Made by a program: the position numbers and the translations under genes | Part shown: positions 1 through 23,100 of the stretch, one piece after another | How the letters are laid out: every line of letters starts with the position of its first letter | Numbering within the stretch: the stretch's first letter is position 1 | Notes under the pieces: generated by a model | What the model was told of the DNA's origin: nothing | The model's database searches: none | Seen by the model: only the letters and a program-made list of their open reading frames with translations | DNA from: Zygnema circumcarinatum SAG 698-1b | Taxonomy: Eukaryota > Plantae > Zygnematophyceae | DNA: 64,000 nt | Direction: 5' to 3' | Assembly (NCBI GenBank): GCA_037447605.1 | Contig: CM074804.1 | Span: 1,550,001-1,614,000 of the forward strand

Positions 1-145
1 AGCCTTTAAGAAGTCGATTTTTTACCTACGAAAATTAAATTTGCATTTGGTGTCATTGAAAACGTTGAAAGGGGGACATAAAATATTTACTTGTAAGGGA
101 CCCCTGTGGGGGGGCAATGCAGCTCGGGGAACTTTTTTCGGGCAG

Positions 146-551
146 CTACGAAAATAGCAAAAAAATGGCGGCAGCGGAGGAGCAGCAGCACTGCACTGTT
201 CGGTGTTCGACCTTTCATTACAAGAAGACGGTGAGAGTTAGGCTGCTTAAGAATTAGGGTTCAGGAATCCTAGGGTTCGTGGTCTCATGGAATTAGAGTT
301 CATGGTTCTCATGGATTTTAGGGTTCACCACTGTTGTTATCAGCTATTTGAAAGGGAGCGAGAGAGAAAGGGAGAGAGTTCAAGAAGAGGAGTGGAGAGA
401 GCGAGAAAGTGAGGGAGGGGAGTCAGAAAGAAAAAAGGAAGACAAGCGAGACAAGATAGGGAAGAGAGAAGGGGTCAGGCGCGAGAGAGTGAGAGAAAGG
501 GGGAAGAGATAGAAAAGGAATGGAGAGGCATCATATAGAGGGAGAGGCGAG

Positions 552-586
<35 letters not shown>

Positions 587-1388
587 TGAGGAGCCTCTTC
601 TCGTTTAACTCTCTTGTTCAAACCGTCCTTTTGCCCTTATTCCATGAAAGACTCTGCAACCCTAAACCCTACTTTTCATGTGCAGGTTTTGATAGGAGAC
701 GCAGCCCATGCAGTGCTCAATCTTTTGGGGCAGGGCCCCTCCCTTGCGCTGGAGGATGCTCTTATTCTTTCTCGCCTGCTTAAGATTAAGAGGGAGGGGC
801 CGTCCAAAGCGGTTCAAGGAGAAGGGAGAACAATTTTAGAGGCCGGACCGGCGCGGCGGGCAGTTGCAGCTGCTCTGCCGAAATTTACGGCTGACCGGAA
901 GTGGCAGGCAGACATAGCAGCAGGGCTCGGAGAGAAAGAGGCTCGAAGGAGGAGGTGGGTGACGGAAATATTCCGAAAAAAAAAGAAAGAGAGGACCTCT
1001 AACTTCCACATTCGAAAACCCTAACAAAAAGTTTAAAAATCTTACTAACCCTAAAAACCCTAAAAAAAATCAGCCTTTCGATTCTCACTCAAACTTGATT
1101 CCTTGTTTTCCTATTTTTTCGTGTCGCAGTTTTTTGTCTCGAGCTCAATATGAGTTCATGACCTCCATTTCCACGAAGCTCCCCATGTTCCGGCCATGGC
1201 AGGCCTCCATGAGCGCGACCAGAGCCTCCATGGCAGTCGTCGCCTTCTGGCGATCCATGGAGACAGTTCTGTTCCGTATTGCGTTGGCTCTGACGGGACT
1301 GGTTTTGGCTCTACGCGTTTTGTTCGGAGTGAGGAACATGTGGCGCCTTGTTCGCCGAGTTGTGGGCACAATGCAAGTGGGGTTTTAA
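146..1388 (+). CDS. 3' part of an FAD-dependent monooxygenase, kynurenine 3-monooxygenase (KMO)-like; 5' exons lie upstream of the window
   Basis: Exons 146-230, 686-954 and 1130-1388, GT-AG and phase-consistent. They join to ...TVRCSTFHYKKT|VLIGDAAHAVLNLLGQGPSLALEDALIL...ALPKFTADRKWQAD...|SFLSRAQYEF...FRPWQASMSATR... plus a hydrophobic C-terminal segment. This parallels human KMO [30 protein letters not shown]...FIPLYTMVTFSR and its C-terminal anchor (recalled). The last exon could splice further at CAA|gtgggg (1376/1377). Confidence 0.8.
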
Positions 1389-4362
1389 AGTAGAGAACAA
1401 TGTCTGTGTTTGTGATGGCATGGACATGGGGGGGACATGTATGTGATTATGTGTGGTGGTTCTAAGGCATGGGACATACATAGAACATGGCATGGCATGG
1501 CATGGTATGGCATATGTGTGACATCATGGCACATGACTTGTGAGGACTTTGCGCATTTCTTCAAGAAAAACTGTATGCTATGAAGTAATCTTATTCCGTC
1601 AGATCAGGATTGGTTATGTGTAAAGTAAAGCTCTGGAGGCTTCATCGCTTTCATGTTTCAAAATATCTCTGATTGCGTTGTGAGGTGCTATCACCACCCT
1701 GTACAGCCGCCCTGCTGGGGCAGTTTGAAAGTCTACGTAAGTTCAAAAATAGACAGTTTCGAATTTTCACTCCTCTTTTTCTTTTTCCAGCACCCAACCC
1801 AATTGTGGGGTTAATTGTGAAATGTGAGAGAGAGGTGTAAAGTAGCTGTAAGTGAGCTGCAACTGAAGTTCGATCGTGCATGCACGCATGTCCCCATTCA
1901 GACGAGCATCGCCAGAGGGCGGTCCCTTCATTCTGAAGGCGAGGGAGGGAGGGCGCTGCCATGGGGCTGCATTTCAGGCTCCGCAAAGCGAGAGCTTCAG
2001 TGACACTGCTGTCGAACAATCGCCGTTCGAATTTTGCCGAGGGGACTGCATGCCACTGCATGGGAGTTCGTCGAGTCTGCAAAACACAAACAGTTGTTGC
2101 CATGTTGGATCGTAAACACTAAACACGTAACATGTAAGCTAGAACTGCAATTTTTCGCGTGAAGTGACGTGGCGAGACGTGCGATAAGACCATGGTCTTT
2201 GCATGGCTCATCGGTTTGTAATTTTTATTTTTAACAACATTTCCCGTACTGTATTTAATTCCTGGTTGTGATTTGGAAGGGCTAAAAATTTTCTCATTTA
2301 TACGAGAATCGAATTGTACACAATTGCAGCCGAAATATACTGTTAGGGTCGTAGGGTCGATATATTTTTAGTTGCAGCTCGGAATTTTTGTAATTTTATT
2401 TGTGATAAGGCGGTCAGCTCCACTCCAATTTTTTTACTCGTATGGAGCTACGTTCCTGATCCCTCCAAACTTCCAAGCCTTCCGGTTCAGGATCTTTGAG
2501 AACTGCATAAAAGGTTTTCAAACCTTTTGATTTCCTTTCTTTGGACTAAAGCATCTTCAGCAGAGCTCCTCGAATCGAGCTGCTTTGCAAGGTGATGACG
2601 ACCGCTGCTTTCCAAGGCTTTGAAACGATCAGTGACATCATCTGAAGGCGGTTCGGCTTCTCTATTGTTTGCTTGCGATTTTCTTTCAGTTTCGGCGTCA
2701 GGGTGCGTCTTGAATCTCTGGATGCTGCTGTCATTTCAAATGTTTTCCGGTGCTTTTTCAACAATCCTGTAGTGTAGTGAGCACTCTCTGCACGTGCTTT
2801 TCAAATTTTGAGGAATTCTTTACAGGATATATTTCTTTCTCTATCTCTGTCTATCTCTCTCTCTCCGTATTCTTTCTGCGCGTTTCCTCCTGCCGCGCTT
2901 TGGCATTCAGAAATTCCTAAAGGAAAAAAGAACTTCTTTGTATGTCTCTTGGCTCCAAAGCAGAGCTCCCTTCCTTACTCCCTCTATGCTCATGTGATTG
3001 CAGTTGACTTTGCAAATGGCTGTGGACTCTCTGGCTGCCAAAATGGGCCCATCGAGATGCAGCGGATATGGCCTCCCCCCTGATGAAATCAACTTTATCG
3101 AAAAAGACTCCGTGCAGCATCAAACTCCCTCCTTATACCAAGCAAGAGAGTGCGCCCTTCCAGACCCCATAAAAGACATTGAAAACGGAGGATGTGAGCT
3201 CTGTGCAGAAGAGTCTCAATCGAGCAAAGAGGCGGTGGATGAGCTCCTATTGGAGGGTGGGCTGAAGCAGGAGGGGGATAAGTGCTCGCAAGGAGAGAGG
3301 TGCGCGTACGGGGTTGAAGAAGAGTACGCGAATGATGTTGTGGATGTGGACACATGCAAGAGGGAAGTGCCAGCGTGTGTAGGGAGCTCGCGTAGGGAGT
3401 GAATTGCTCCTTGGAGAGGAAGGGAGTGAGGGGGAGCGAGAGGAGGGGAGAGGGAGGGAGGAGGGAGGGAGGGAGGAACAATGGCAACGAGAGTGGAGGG
3501 GGGCAGTGAGAGAGTTTAGGGAGGGAGCGTGGGGAGGAGAGGGAGGAAGGCAGTGCGTGAGGGACGGAGTGTTCCTTGAAAGTGGCTTCATTTTGATCTT
3601 CCACGCGTTACAGGATGTCTAGGATTTTTAGCGTTTCTAGTTTGTGGAGTTCTGGCGATACTTCCAGATGTTAAGTGATGGTTAGGGTTATTAGGCAGTT
3701 TGGAGATGAAGTGATTGGGAAGAGAGGAGAGAAGGGTGGGAGAGAGAGGGAGGGGGGGACTAGAAAGGAGCCAGAGTAAGAAGGATTAGTTTTTTTGGTA
3801 TGCATTTCAGAGGTTTGTAGTAATATTAGAATTCCTACGGGGAGAATCAAACTTGAACTGATGGACTGTGCTTCTAACGGTCCTTGAATTGCATTACTGT
3901 ACAGTACATATCGCCATTGAGAATAAAAGGCAACGAAGCATGCGTCTCCTCTTCCTTTTCTTCTTGTTGATTGGAAAGTCCGCAAGCTGAGTCCTTTTGC
4001 AAATCTGTCCGTCTGTCCTTATGAATTCCAACATTTCTCCTTATCAAAGGGCTGCAATCTTCGACTGACCGAACCAGAGTGACCAACCGGCCGACCAACC
4101 ATTGGACACAAACTACACACCAACAAACCGCAAATTGCAAACTGCACACCATTGACCCCCACCATTTTCAGAGTAGAACACTCCCATCACCCCATTCCCC
4201 CTCCCTCCCACCCCCTCGACCTTCCCTCGCTACGTTTACTCCCCTCGTTTCCTCTATACATACAACTAACATCAGCTGAAAAAAAGCCATTTATTTATGG
4301 AAGTACACTCCGATTCAGCACAGCCGCTTTACCCGGTGCTCTCCTCCCCCCTTGAGCTGCAA

Positions 4363-16466
<12,104 letters not shown>

Positions 16467-16660
16467 CTTCTTCCAAAGTCCTGCACGAGGCAGTCAAACA
16501 GTGTACAGCCTTCCTTGCCAAATTGCTTCCCAAATATTATCCTCTCTCTTGCCAAAATCAAAAACGTCCTCCCTCCTGTCCTGAACACACACCTCTCTCC
16601 CTCTCTCTGTCCAGAGGGAGAGGTTATGGGACGGTGCAGGGCCCCTCCGTTGGGCGCCCT

Positions 16661-16714
16661 CCAATGGCGACTCGCCACGTTGACATTTATGTACACGTGA
16701 CGCATTCCCATTGG
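16661..16714. promoter_or_regulatory. Two inverted ERSE-I-type elements in the RPN1/MED30 divergent promoter
   Basis: 16661-16679 reads CCAAT-ggcgactcg-CCACG on + (CCAAT-N9-CCACG). 16696-16714 reads CCAAT-gggaatgcgt-CACG on - (CCAAT-N10-CACG) and overlaps a CACGTG G-box at 16694-16699. Function is inferred. Confidence 0.6.
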
Positions 16715-16965
16715 AAGATGCTCGAATTTTAGTGCGCAATGAAGGCTTTTAGGGTTAACCGTTAAGGAGAGAGGAAGTGGGAGAGGGAGGAAGAGAGAGG
16801 GGGGAGGAGCGGCAAGCCACGAGATGTAAACAGAAAGAAAGCAAAGCGATTGTTGTGACTCTCATTTTCCTTTCTCTTTCTCTCAAATGCATGCAAGGGC
16901 AGAAAAAACATTTATAGGGCAACGTTTGGATGTTTGTAACACATTTTTAGTTGTTCTCCGTGGTG

Positions 16966-18500
16966 ATGGCTGCTTCCGCCTCGTCTCTGGATGTGCTGGC
17001 GTGCCAAGGAGAGCAGAGCGTGGCGGAAATGGTGGAAGCGGCTGAAGCTTTGCTTGCACGGCTGCAGGACCTCATGGCAGGGCCGTCCTTCTGGTCCCTG
17101 CCACCTGGTGGACCATCATCGAGAACAGATCTGTCCGGTATGTGGCCCTCATATCTCGCCTTGTTTGACGCGTTTTGATGCAATAGTTGGGCATATTCAA
17201 GGTTTTTTGAGCTATGGAAAGCTAGAATGATAAGGAGACTGTTGTTCTATTCAAGTGTTCCTTCCCGTTCCGACCATTTCTTCTTAGGAATTAGAATCAT
17301 TTCTGCACGTGAATCAAGTATCTCAAGAACGTGTATAGGTTCAGCCACACATCGTTTCTGGTGCTCATTTCATAAGAGCGCATGGTTTAATTTGTAGAAC
17401 TAATGAAGGTACTACACATGCTTCGCTGCAGCTGGAGCTTATGGCAGACCTCCAGAGGGTACTCAGATGCCTGAATTTCCTCCCGCTCTGGCTGACCTTG
17501 AAGCTGCCCATCGTCGTTACAAAGAAACAGGCACCATTTTACGAGGAATCATCACACAAATAAGTGAAATTTCTGAGGTACGCCTCTATTATTCTGCCTT
17601 TGTATTTTTACTTTTGCTCACTTCCTTTGCTACTTACTCCTTTTGCAATACGTCATGTTCTATCGTTCTCTATAGCAAGTACGTATGCAGATGTGGCATT
17701 ACTGTCGTGGTAAAGGCAAGCACTTTACTGAGTTTGAGCATTCATGTATATTACGATGGGAAGGCTTTCTGAGTGCGTGAAGGCAGCTCTAGTGAATGTT
17801 CCTCTTTTTTTTGTTCTCCGAATGAAATGCCGCAATTCGCTCTTATGGATACTGTATTCACATATTTGTTTTCCATACATCTTTTCACGGGTTTAGAGTC
17901 TCAGGATCTTAGGGGCTTCAGAACTTTTAGGGCGGTGTTTCAGATGTTTTGCCGTGCCATGCAGTAAATCCGTTAAAGACTGTGCTATCCGACATATCGT
18001 GACGTTATCGTGACGCCTCCGTGTTACGGAAAATCTGTCCGATCTATGCGTCTGCAGCGGACTGAAGACAGTCAAGTCAATGGCTCCACACATGATGACA
18101 AAGAAGGCTCAGATGCGGAACTCAGCCAACTGGAAAGCAGAGCAGCAATGCTGAAGAAGGTGAGAGGGAGGGAGAGAGAGAGAGAGAGAGGAGGGAAGGG
18201 CGGGGGGGTCGGCCGCTACTCTTCAGAACTTGATGCAAATCATGATATGTATTGCAATGGAGGCATGTTTATCTTTATACAATCAGTTGACGCTCAAAGG
18301 GTTGATTTCGAAAGGAGTTTCAGGGATCTTTTTGCAGTGCCTTTGTCGCCTTCTTGTTTTCTTGCTGACAACTATGAGATTGGCTTTGATTGCAGGAAAT
18401 TCAACAGAAAAATGTAATTTTAAAAAGCCTTATCGACCAGCTCCGGTTTCTATTGGACGATATTATCCTGTTCCAGAGCTGTCCGCTAGTTCCGACATAG
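16966..18500 (+). CDS. MED30: Mediator of RNA polymerase II transcription subunit 30 (plant type), 4 exons, ~174 aa
   Basis: Exons 16966-17137, 17432-17577, 18058-18159, 18396-18500, phase-consistent. LDVLACQGEQSVAEMVEAA...MAGPSFWS...LEAAHRRYKETGTILRGII...ELSQLESRAAMLKK|EIQQKNVILKSLIDQLRFLLDDIILFQS matches the recalled plant MED30 pattern (ELAVEGQKHLEETIQAA...LCNPSLWS...LDEASLRYK...[28 protein letters not shown]). Confidence 0.88.
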
Positions 18501-19016
18501 CATTGGAAGAAGCTGATGAACTCGCAGGTCGGAGCAGATTGATATCAGTTAACAGCTCTTATCAGCGATAGTGGTGACAGTGATCCAAAAGTGTATCGTT
18601 TCTGAGTTGGAATGCAAGTCATCCTAAAGGGCCAAGCTACACTAGCGGTTTTCGGTGTTCCCATCAATTTTACGACATTTTTTCGGCTATCAACGGCTTC
18701 ATTGGTGACCCTCCCGATGGTCTTCCGCCTCTCCCTTTGCGCGATGTGCCCCACATTGGCCCCCCTTGAGCCGCGCTGTTGACCCTAGAAGCAGATTTCA
18801 GCACAGTTTTTTCCTTTCGTCCTTAGGTACTTAGGTTTCTCGTGGTTCCTCATGTTGACTTTGTCCATTTACAGGTGATGGCATCGCCACCGTGATGAGA
18901 TCAATGCAAATTTCCATCTTTCATTTCACTTCAGGTCGTTTCAACAGCACTACTGTTCTGTCTCCACATGTCTATGTTGAAATCCAGTTCCGTTCGGTTC
19001 ACCGTTGATGAAGATA

Positions 19017-19198
19017 ACAACATCAACAACACAACAACATCAACATTTAGTTAACAACATCAATAGCATCAACATTTAGCTAACAACATCAACATTCAGC
19101 CAACAACATCAACAGCAAAACATCATCAACATTTAGCTAACAACATCAACAACACAACAACATCACATTTAGCTAACAACATCAACATCTAATAACAT
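19017..19198. repeat. Degenerate AAC-rich minisatellite (unit ~ aacatcaacatttagctaac)
   Basis: Repeated caacatttagctaacaacatc motifs seen directly downstream of MED30. Confidence 0.85.
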
Positions 19199-19797
19199 CC
19201 GTCACGATCTCCATTGCAATGCCAAGTACCGGAAACCGTCGCGCTGTTGGAACCTCGCTGTTATCCGTTCCGTCGCCGTTCCAGTCGCGTTCCCAATAAC
19301 AGCGCGCCGAACAGCGACATGGAGCCTCTCCTTCCCCCTGGCGGGCACCCTGCCCGTCCGTACAGCCCCGCCATGCGATCGCCACATTCGCGGGATCCGT
19401 TTGCAATTTTTCTTTCAGACAGCTGGCGGGGAAAAGACATTCTCTGCCCGTCTTTCACGGTACGGAAAAGAAAAATTTTGAAAGCTAAAAAACGATAAAA
19501 AGGAGAAATAAGCCAGAACGACATCGGATCAGAAGAACCGATTTTTCTTTTAATAAAGAATTATTTAACCAATAGGATGTCGAAACGTAGCCATTCCCCT
19601 GTAACGGTCAGATAGAAAATTTCTTAGTCAGCTGTAACCCCTACGCCATAAAGGCCATCTACCCGAAAATAAATTTCTTTTAAAAAACCTCTTAACGACA
19701 AAATTACTTCCCTGACCGCGGGAATCCCGGAAACGTCGATCCGGGTAGTGAAAAACATCTTTGACAGAATCCGTCAAAGGGGGGGTTGCCGCTTTTC

Positions 19798-19863
19798 GTA
19801 CCGTTCGTACCGTTGGTACATTCGTACATATGTACGGCCCTTGGCAGCTTTGCTTATCCGTAC
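19798..19863. promoter_or_regulatory. GTAC-core cluster (candidate SBP-box/CRR1-type sites) upstream of the TBC gene
   Basis: Six GTAC cores at 19798, 19807, 19816, 19824, 19832 and 19860, ~275-340 bp upstream of ATG 20138. Function is inferred. Confidence 0.4.
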
Positions 19864-20137
19864 AGTTCTGCATCCTGCATTGTGCTCTGCAGCTCCCCTC
19901 CACCTGCAACTGCTCCGAAGGGGCAGCCATGGCTGAACCATAAGAAGGAAGCAAGCGGCGTTCTCTCCGTTTTAATCATTCATTTTCGTGAAATTAGTCG
20001 CATTTTTCAAATAAGTAGTTGCTGGAACCCTTTTTTCTATTTTGCTGTCACAATTTTTTCCTTCTTTTTCCCTTGCATTCGGCATTTTAGAGTTTCTATG
20101 TGCTCGGGAGTGTCCGTTTGGAAGTTAAGGCGTGGCA

Positions 20138-23100
20138 ATGAGGAGCAGTCGGCGGAAGAGCGGGAAGGGATGGCCGAAGCACTCCAAGCCCAAAGAGCAA
20201 CAACCAGTGGAGGCTGTCAGGTGAGTGCCTCCCTCTCTCTCTCTCTATCTCTCTCTCTCTCTCTCTTTCAAGCTCACTCTAATACTTAGCTCTCCCTCTG
20301 TCATCAATGCCAGCTGTCACACCTTTTTTTGTCACTCCCTCTCTTGACGTCACCACTCACTCTCTCTCCCTCTCTCTGTTACTTAGGTCGCCTTCTGTCT
20401 CAATGTCAGCTGTCACTCCTTTTTTTTTATGTCACTTTCTCTCTTAATATGACCGCTCACTATCTCCCGCTCTCTCCATCTCCCTCTCTCTCGCTCTCTC
20501 CATGTTACTCGCTTTCTCTATCCCTTCCTCATACTTTCCTTAGCTCTCTTTGTAGTTTATTTTCATTTCCCTCTGCCCTCTCCCTCCTGTCACTATCTCA
20601 CTCTCTCGCCCGTTTTACTCCCTCTCTCTTGCTCTGTCGTCTAGTTCCCTCTCACTCTCTCTTAATCCTCTTGCTCGCTCTCGCATCACTTTCCCTCATC
20701 TCCCCGCTCTCGCCTTTCTTCTGCCCTCTCCCTTTTCTTGCAACCGTCCGTAAATTCACATTAAGTAGCTCAGTTCAGTTCATTTCAGTAATTGGACGTC
20801 TCTTCCCACATGGAGCTCCGTTCTGAAAAGTATTTGGCAATTAGGCCACTGAAGTGATGGGATGGAAGTGAGAAGGGAGAAAGCGGGGAAAGGGAGAAAG
20901 CGGGGAATGGGAGGAGGGAAAGGAGAGGATGGCGAGAAAGAGGGTCGGTAGGAGAGGAAGAAAGCGCGCTTGAAGAGGGGCATGGAGAGGCAGAAGTGGG
21001 TTGAGAAGCGGAGCAGTTTTACAATGTAATGGAGTAGGAGAGAGGCTTGAAAGGTAGGAAGGAAAGAGAGGAGGGGGAGAGGAGAAGGAAAGAGGTGATT
21101 TTGAACGAGGGGTGGTAGGGAGATGGGGTGAAAGAAGTGAGAATAGGAGAGAGGAGAGGCCAGAAAGAGAGAGAGAGGAAAGGGATGAAGAGTGGGACGT
21201 CTTTCTCCCTCTCACTCTCCACTTAGTTGACAATTGGGGAAAAATGAATTTTCTCATAGCGGATATTGAAAGTTTTAGTCAGCCTTGTGTATCTTTGTTT
21301 CGGTTTGAAAAAATTTCCACTTTGTAGCAAGCTTTAAACTTTTTTTATGTGGCTGTGTAAGATTGTTTGCACACTTCGCTAACCCGTGGGAACGGTTATT
21401 ATTAACTTATCTGAAATTATCTTTACCTTGAACTGCACCTTTTTTTCCTTTTCGTTGTTAATTTGTTGTATGGCCTGTATTAAAACAAGTCATGCAACTT
21501 ATTTTTGGGTGTCTGGAGACAGGGATATGTACGGATTCGCAATCCGTCCACAATACGTGGAGGACTACAAGAAGACATATTCGATTATCTATGCGGTGAA
21601 TTCATGGCAGCAATCTCCTAAACTAGATTTTGCATCAGTATTTTTTTGGCTTGTAGGCAATCTCTTAAGAAAGGACAAGCTTTTTACCTTATAAGAATGC
21701 CTCTTTTGCCTTGAAGCATGACATGCGACATGCGCGTCAAGTTCTTCATGACATGTAATGCTGTACTAGATTTGTAAGTAAAAATGATGTCTTGAACCTC
21801 ACAAAGTGACATATTATACCCTAAAACTTGTAGAGGAATAGGAACCTCGTTCCTGACCTTTTTTATTTGTCGCTGTGGGACAGATTGAAGAGCAAGAACG
21901 GTCGTCTAAGTGGGAAGCCTTCCTCAAAGCTTCCCACGAAAGAAGCAAGAACCAAGAGGAAGCTGAGCAATCACAATCCCAAACCCAATCTCAAACTGAA
22001 ACTCAATCTCAACCCCAAACTGCCGACTGTTCACAGAGTGAGAACGCTCCCGTTCCTGATCCAGTTCCAACTGGTGGCGTCCTCCAAAGGTCCTCAGGCT
22101 CCATTGGATCTTCTTCCCACCTTTGGGCCACTCTGAGGCCTTCACTGAGGCCCATAGAAAAAGCTCTCTCAGAGAAGGGACGGAGAAAAGATAGTAGCTC
22201 GGATGATGGGAGAATCACGCGTTCTCAGTCTATGGCTGTTGGAGAAGTTGAGGGGGAGATTTCTCAGTTAAATAAAGAGCATCAGCCAGATGGGAAATCC
22301 TTGGCAGCGGACATCGGAGAAACTGGTTCGGTGTTGAGTGGGGGGGAAGTTGTTGATGTGAGAATTGGTGATGGTAATTGGAAGAGTGTGGAAGAGATGC
22401 AAGAGAAGGGTCATGATGGGGGTATGGAGGGCTTGAAAAATTTAGAAAGGAGCTCAAGTGGAAGCAGTTACGTAGACTTTAATTCCATCGAAGTGGATAC
22501 AAATGCCGGTAAACTAAAGCGCGCTTTGTCAGGAGTTCCAACAGTCACTGGAGTGCTCGATGGAAACGAATCTATGTCGTTACGTAGAGCGGTTTCGGGC
22601 GTGCCGGACGGAAACGGAACTGGGGTGGTCCTTGCAGAAATCGACGACGAATCAAAAATTTCGTGGGATGACATGCGGGGGACGAATGGGGCGCAAGCGG
22701 AAAATGAAAATGAAGGAGAAGAGTCGGAATTGGCAGATAGGTCGAGGGAATTGTATAACTTAGTCATGTTGGGAGTGCCTATGGCTCTTCGAGGCGAGGT
22801 AAAGAAGAACTCTATTCCCTTTTCCCTCCCTTTTTTTTCCTGGGGGGAGGGGGGGGGAGGGGGGGTGTGCTGGGAAGTGGAGTGGTGAGAAGTGGGGGGG
22901 GAAGACTGTGTAAACTTGCCGAGTGTTCTTATGCGATTCTCTTATACATCGCCAAATTCTCGAACCTCCCCAACCCTCCTCAAACCCACTTATCTCCAAA
23001 GTTCAAAATTTTACAAGCCCAAATACTAAGTTATTAAGATGACTGAATCATGACTGAAGTTCTGAAGTCACCTTGGGTTGTCTTTTTCTTGTGGCTTTAT

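Noticed and set aside
1145-1369. Minus-strand ORF ending MEVMNSY as a separate gene
   Set aside because: Overlaps the KMO-like terminal exon on the opposite strand, which has family support.
3095-3604. LLHRAHILRF resembling an IstB/transposase ATPase tail
   Set aside because: Short chance similarity; no Walker motifs, DDE/RT domain or terminal repeats nearby.
19017-19198. CRISPR-like array
   Set aside because: Eukaryotic context; degenerate AAC repeats without constant repeats or unique spacers, and no cas genes.
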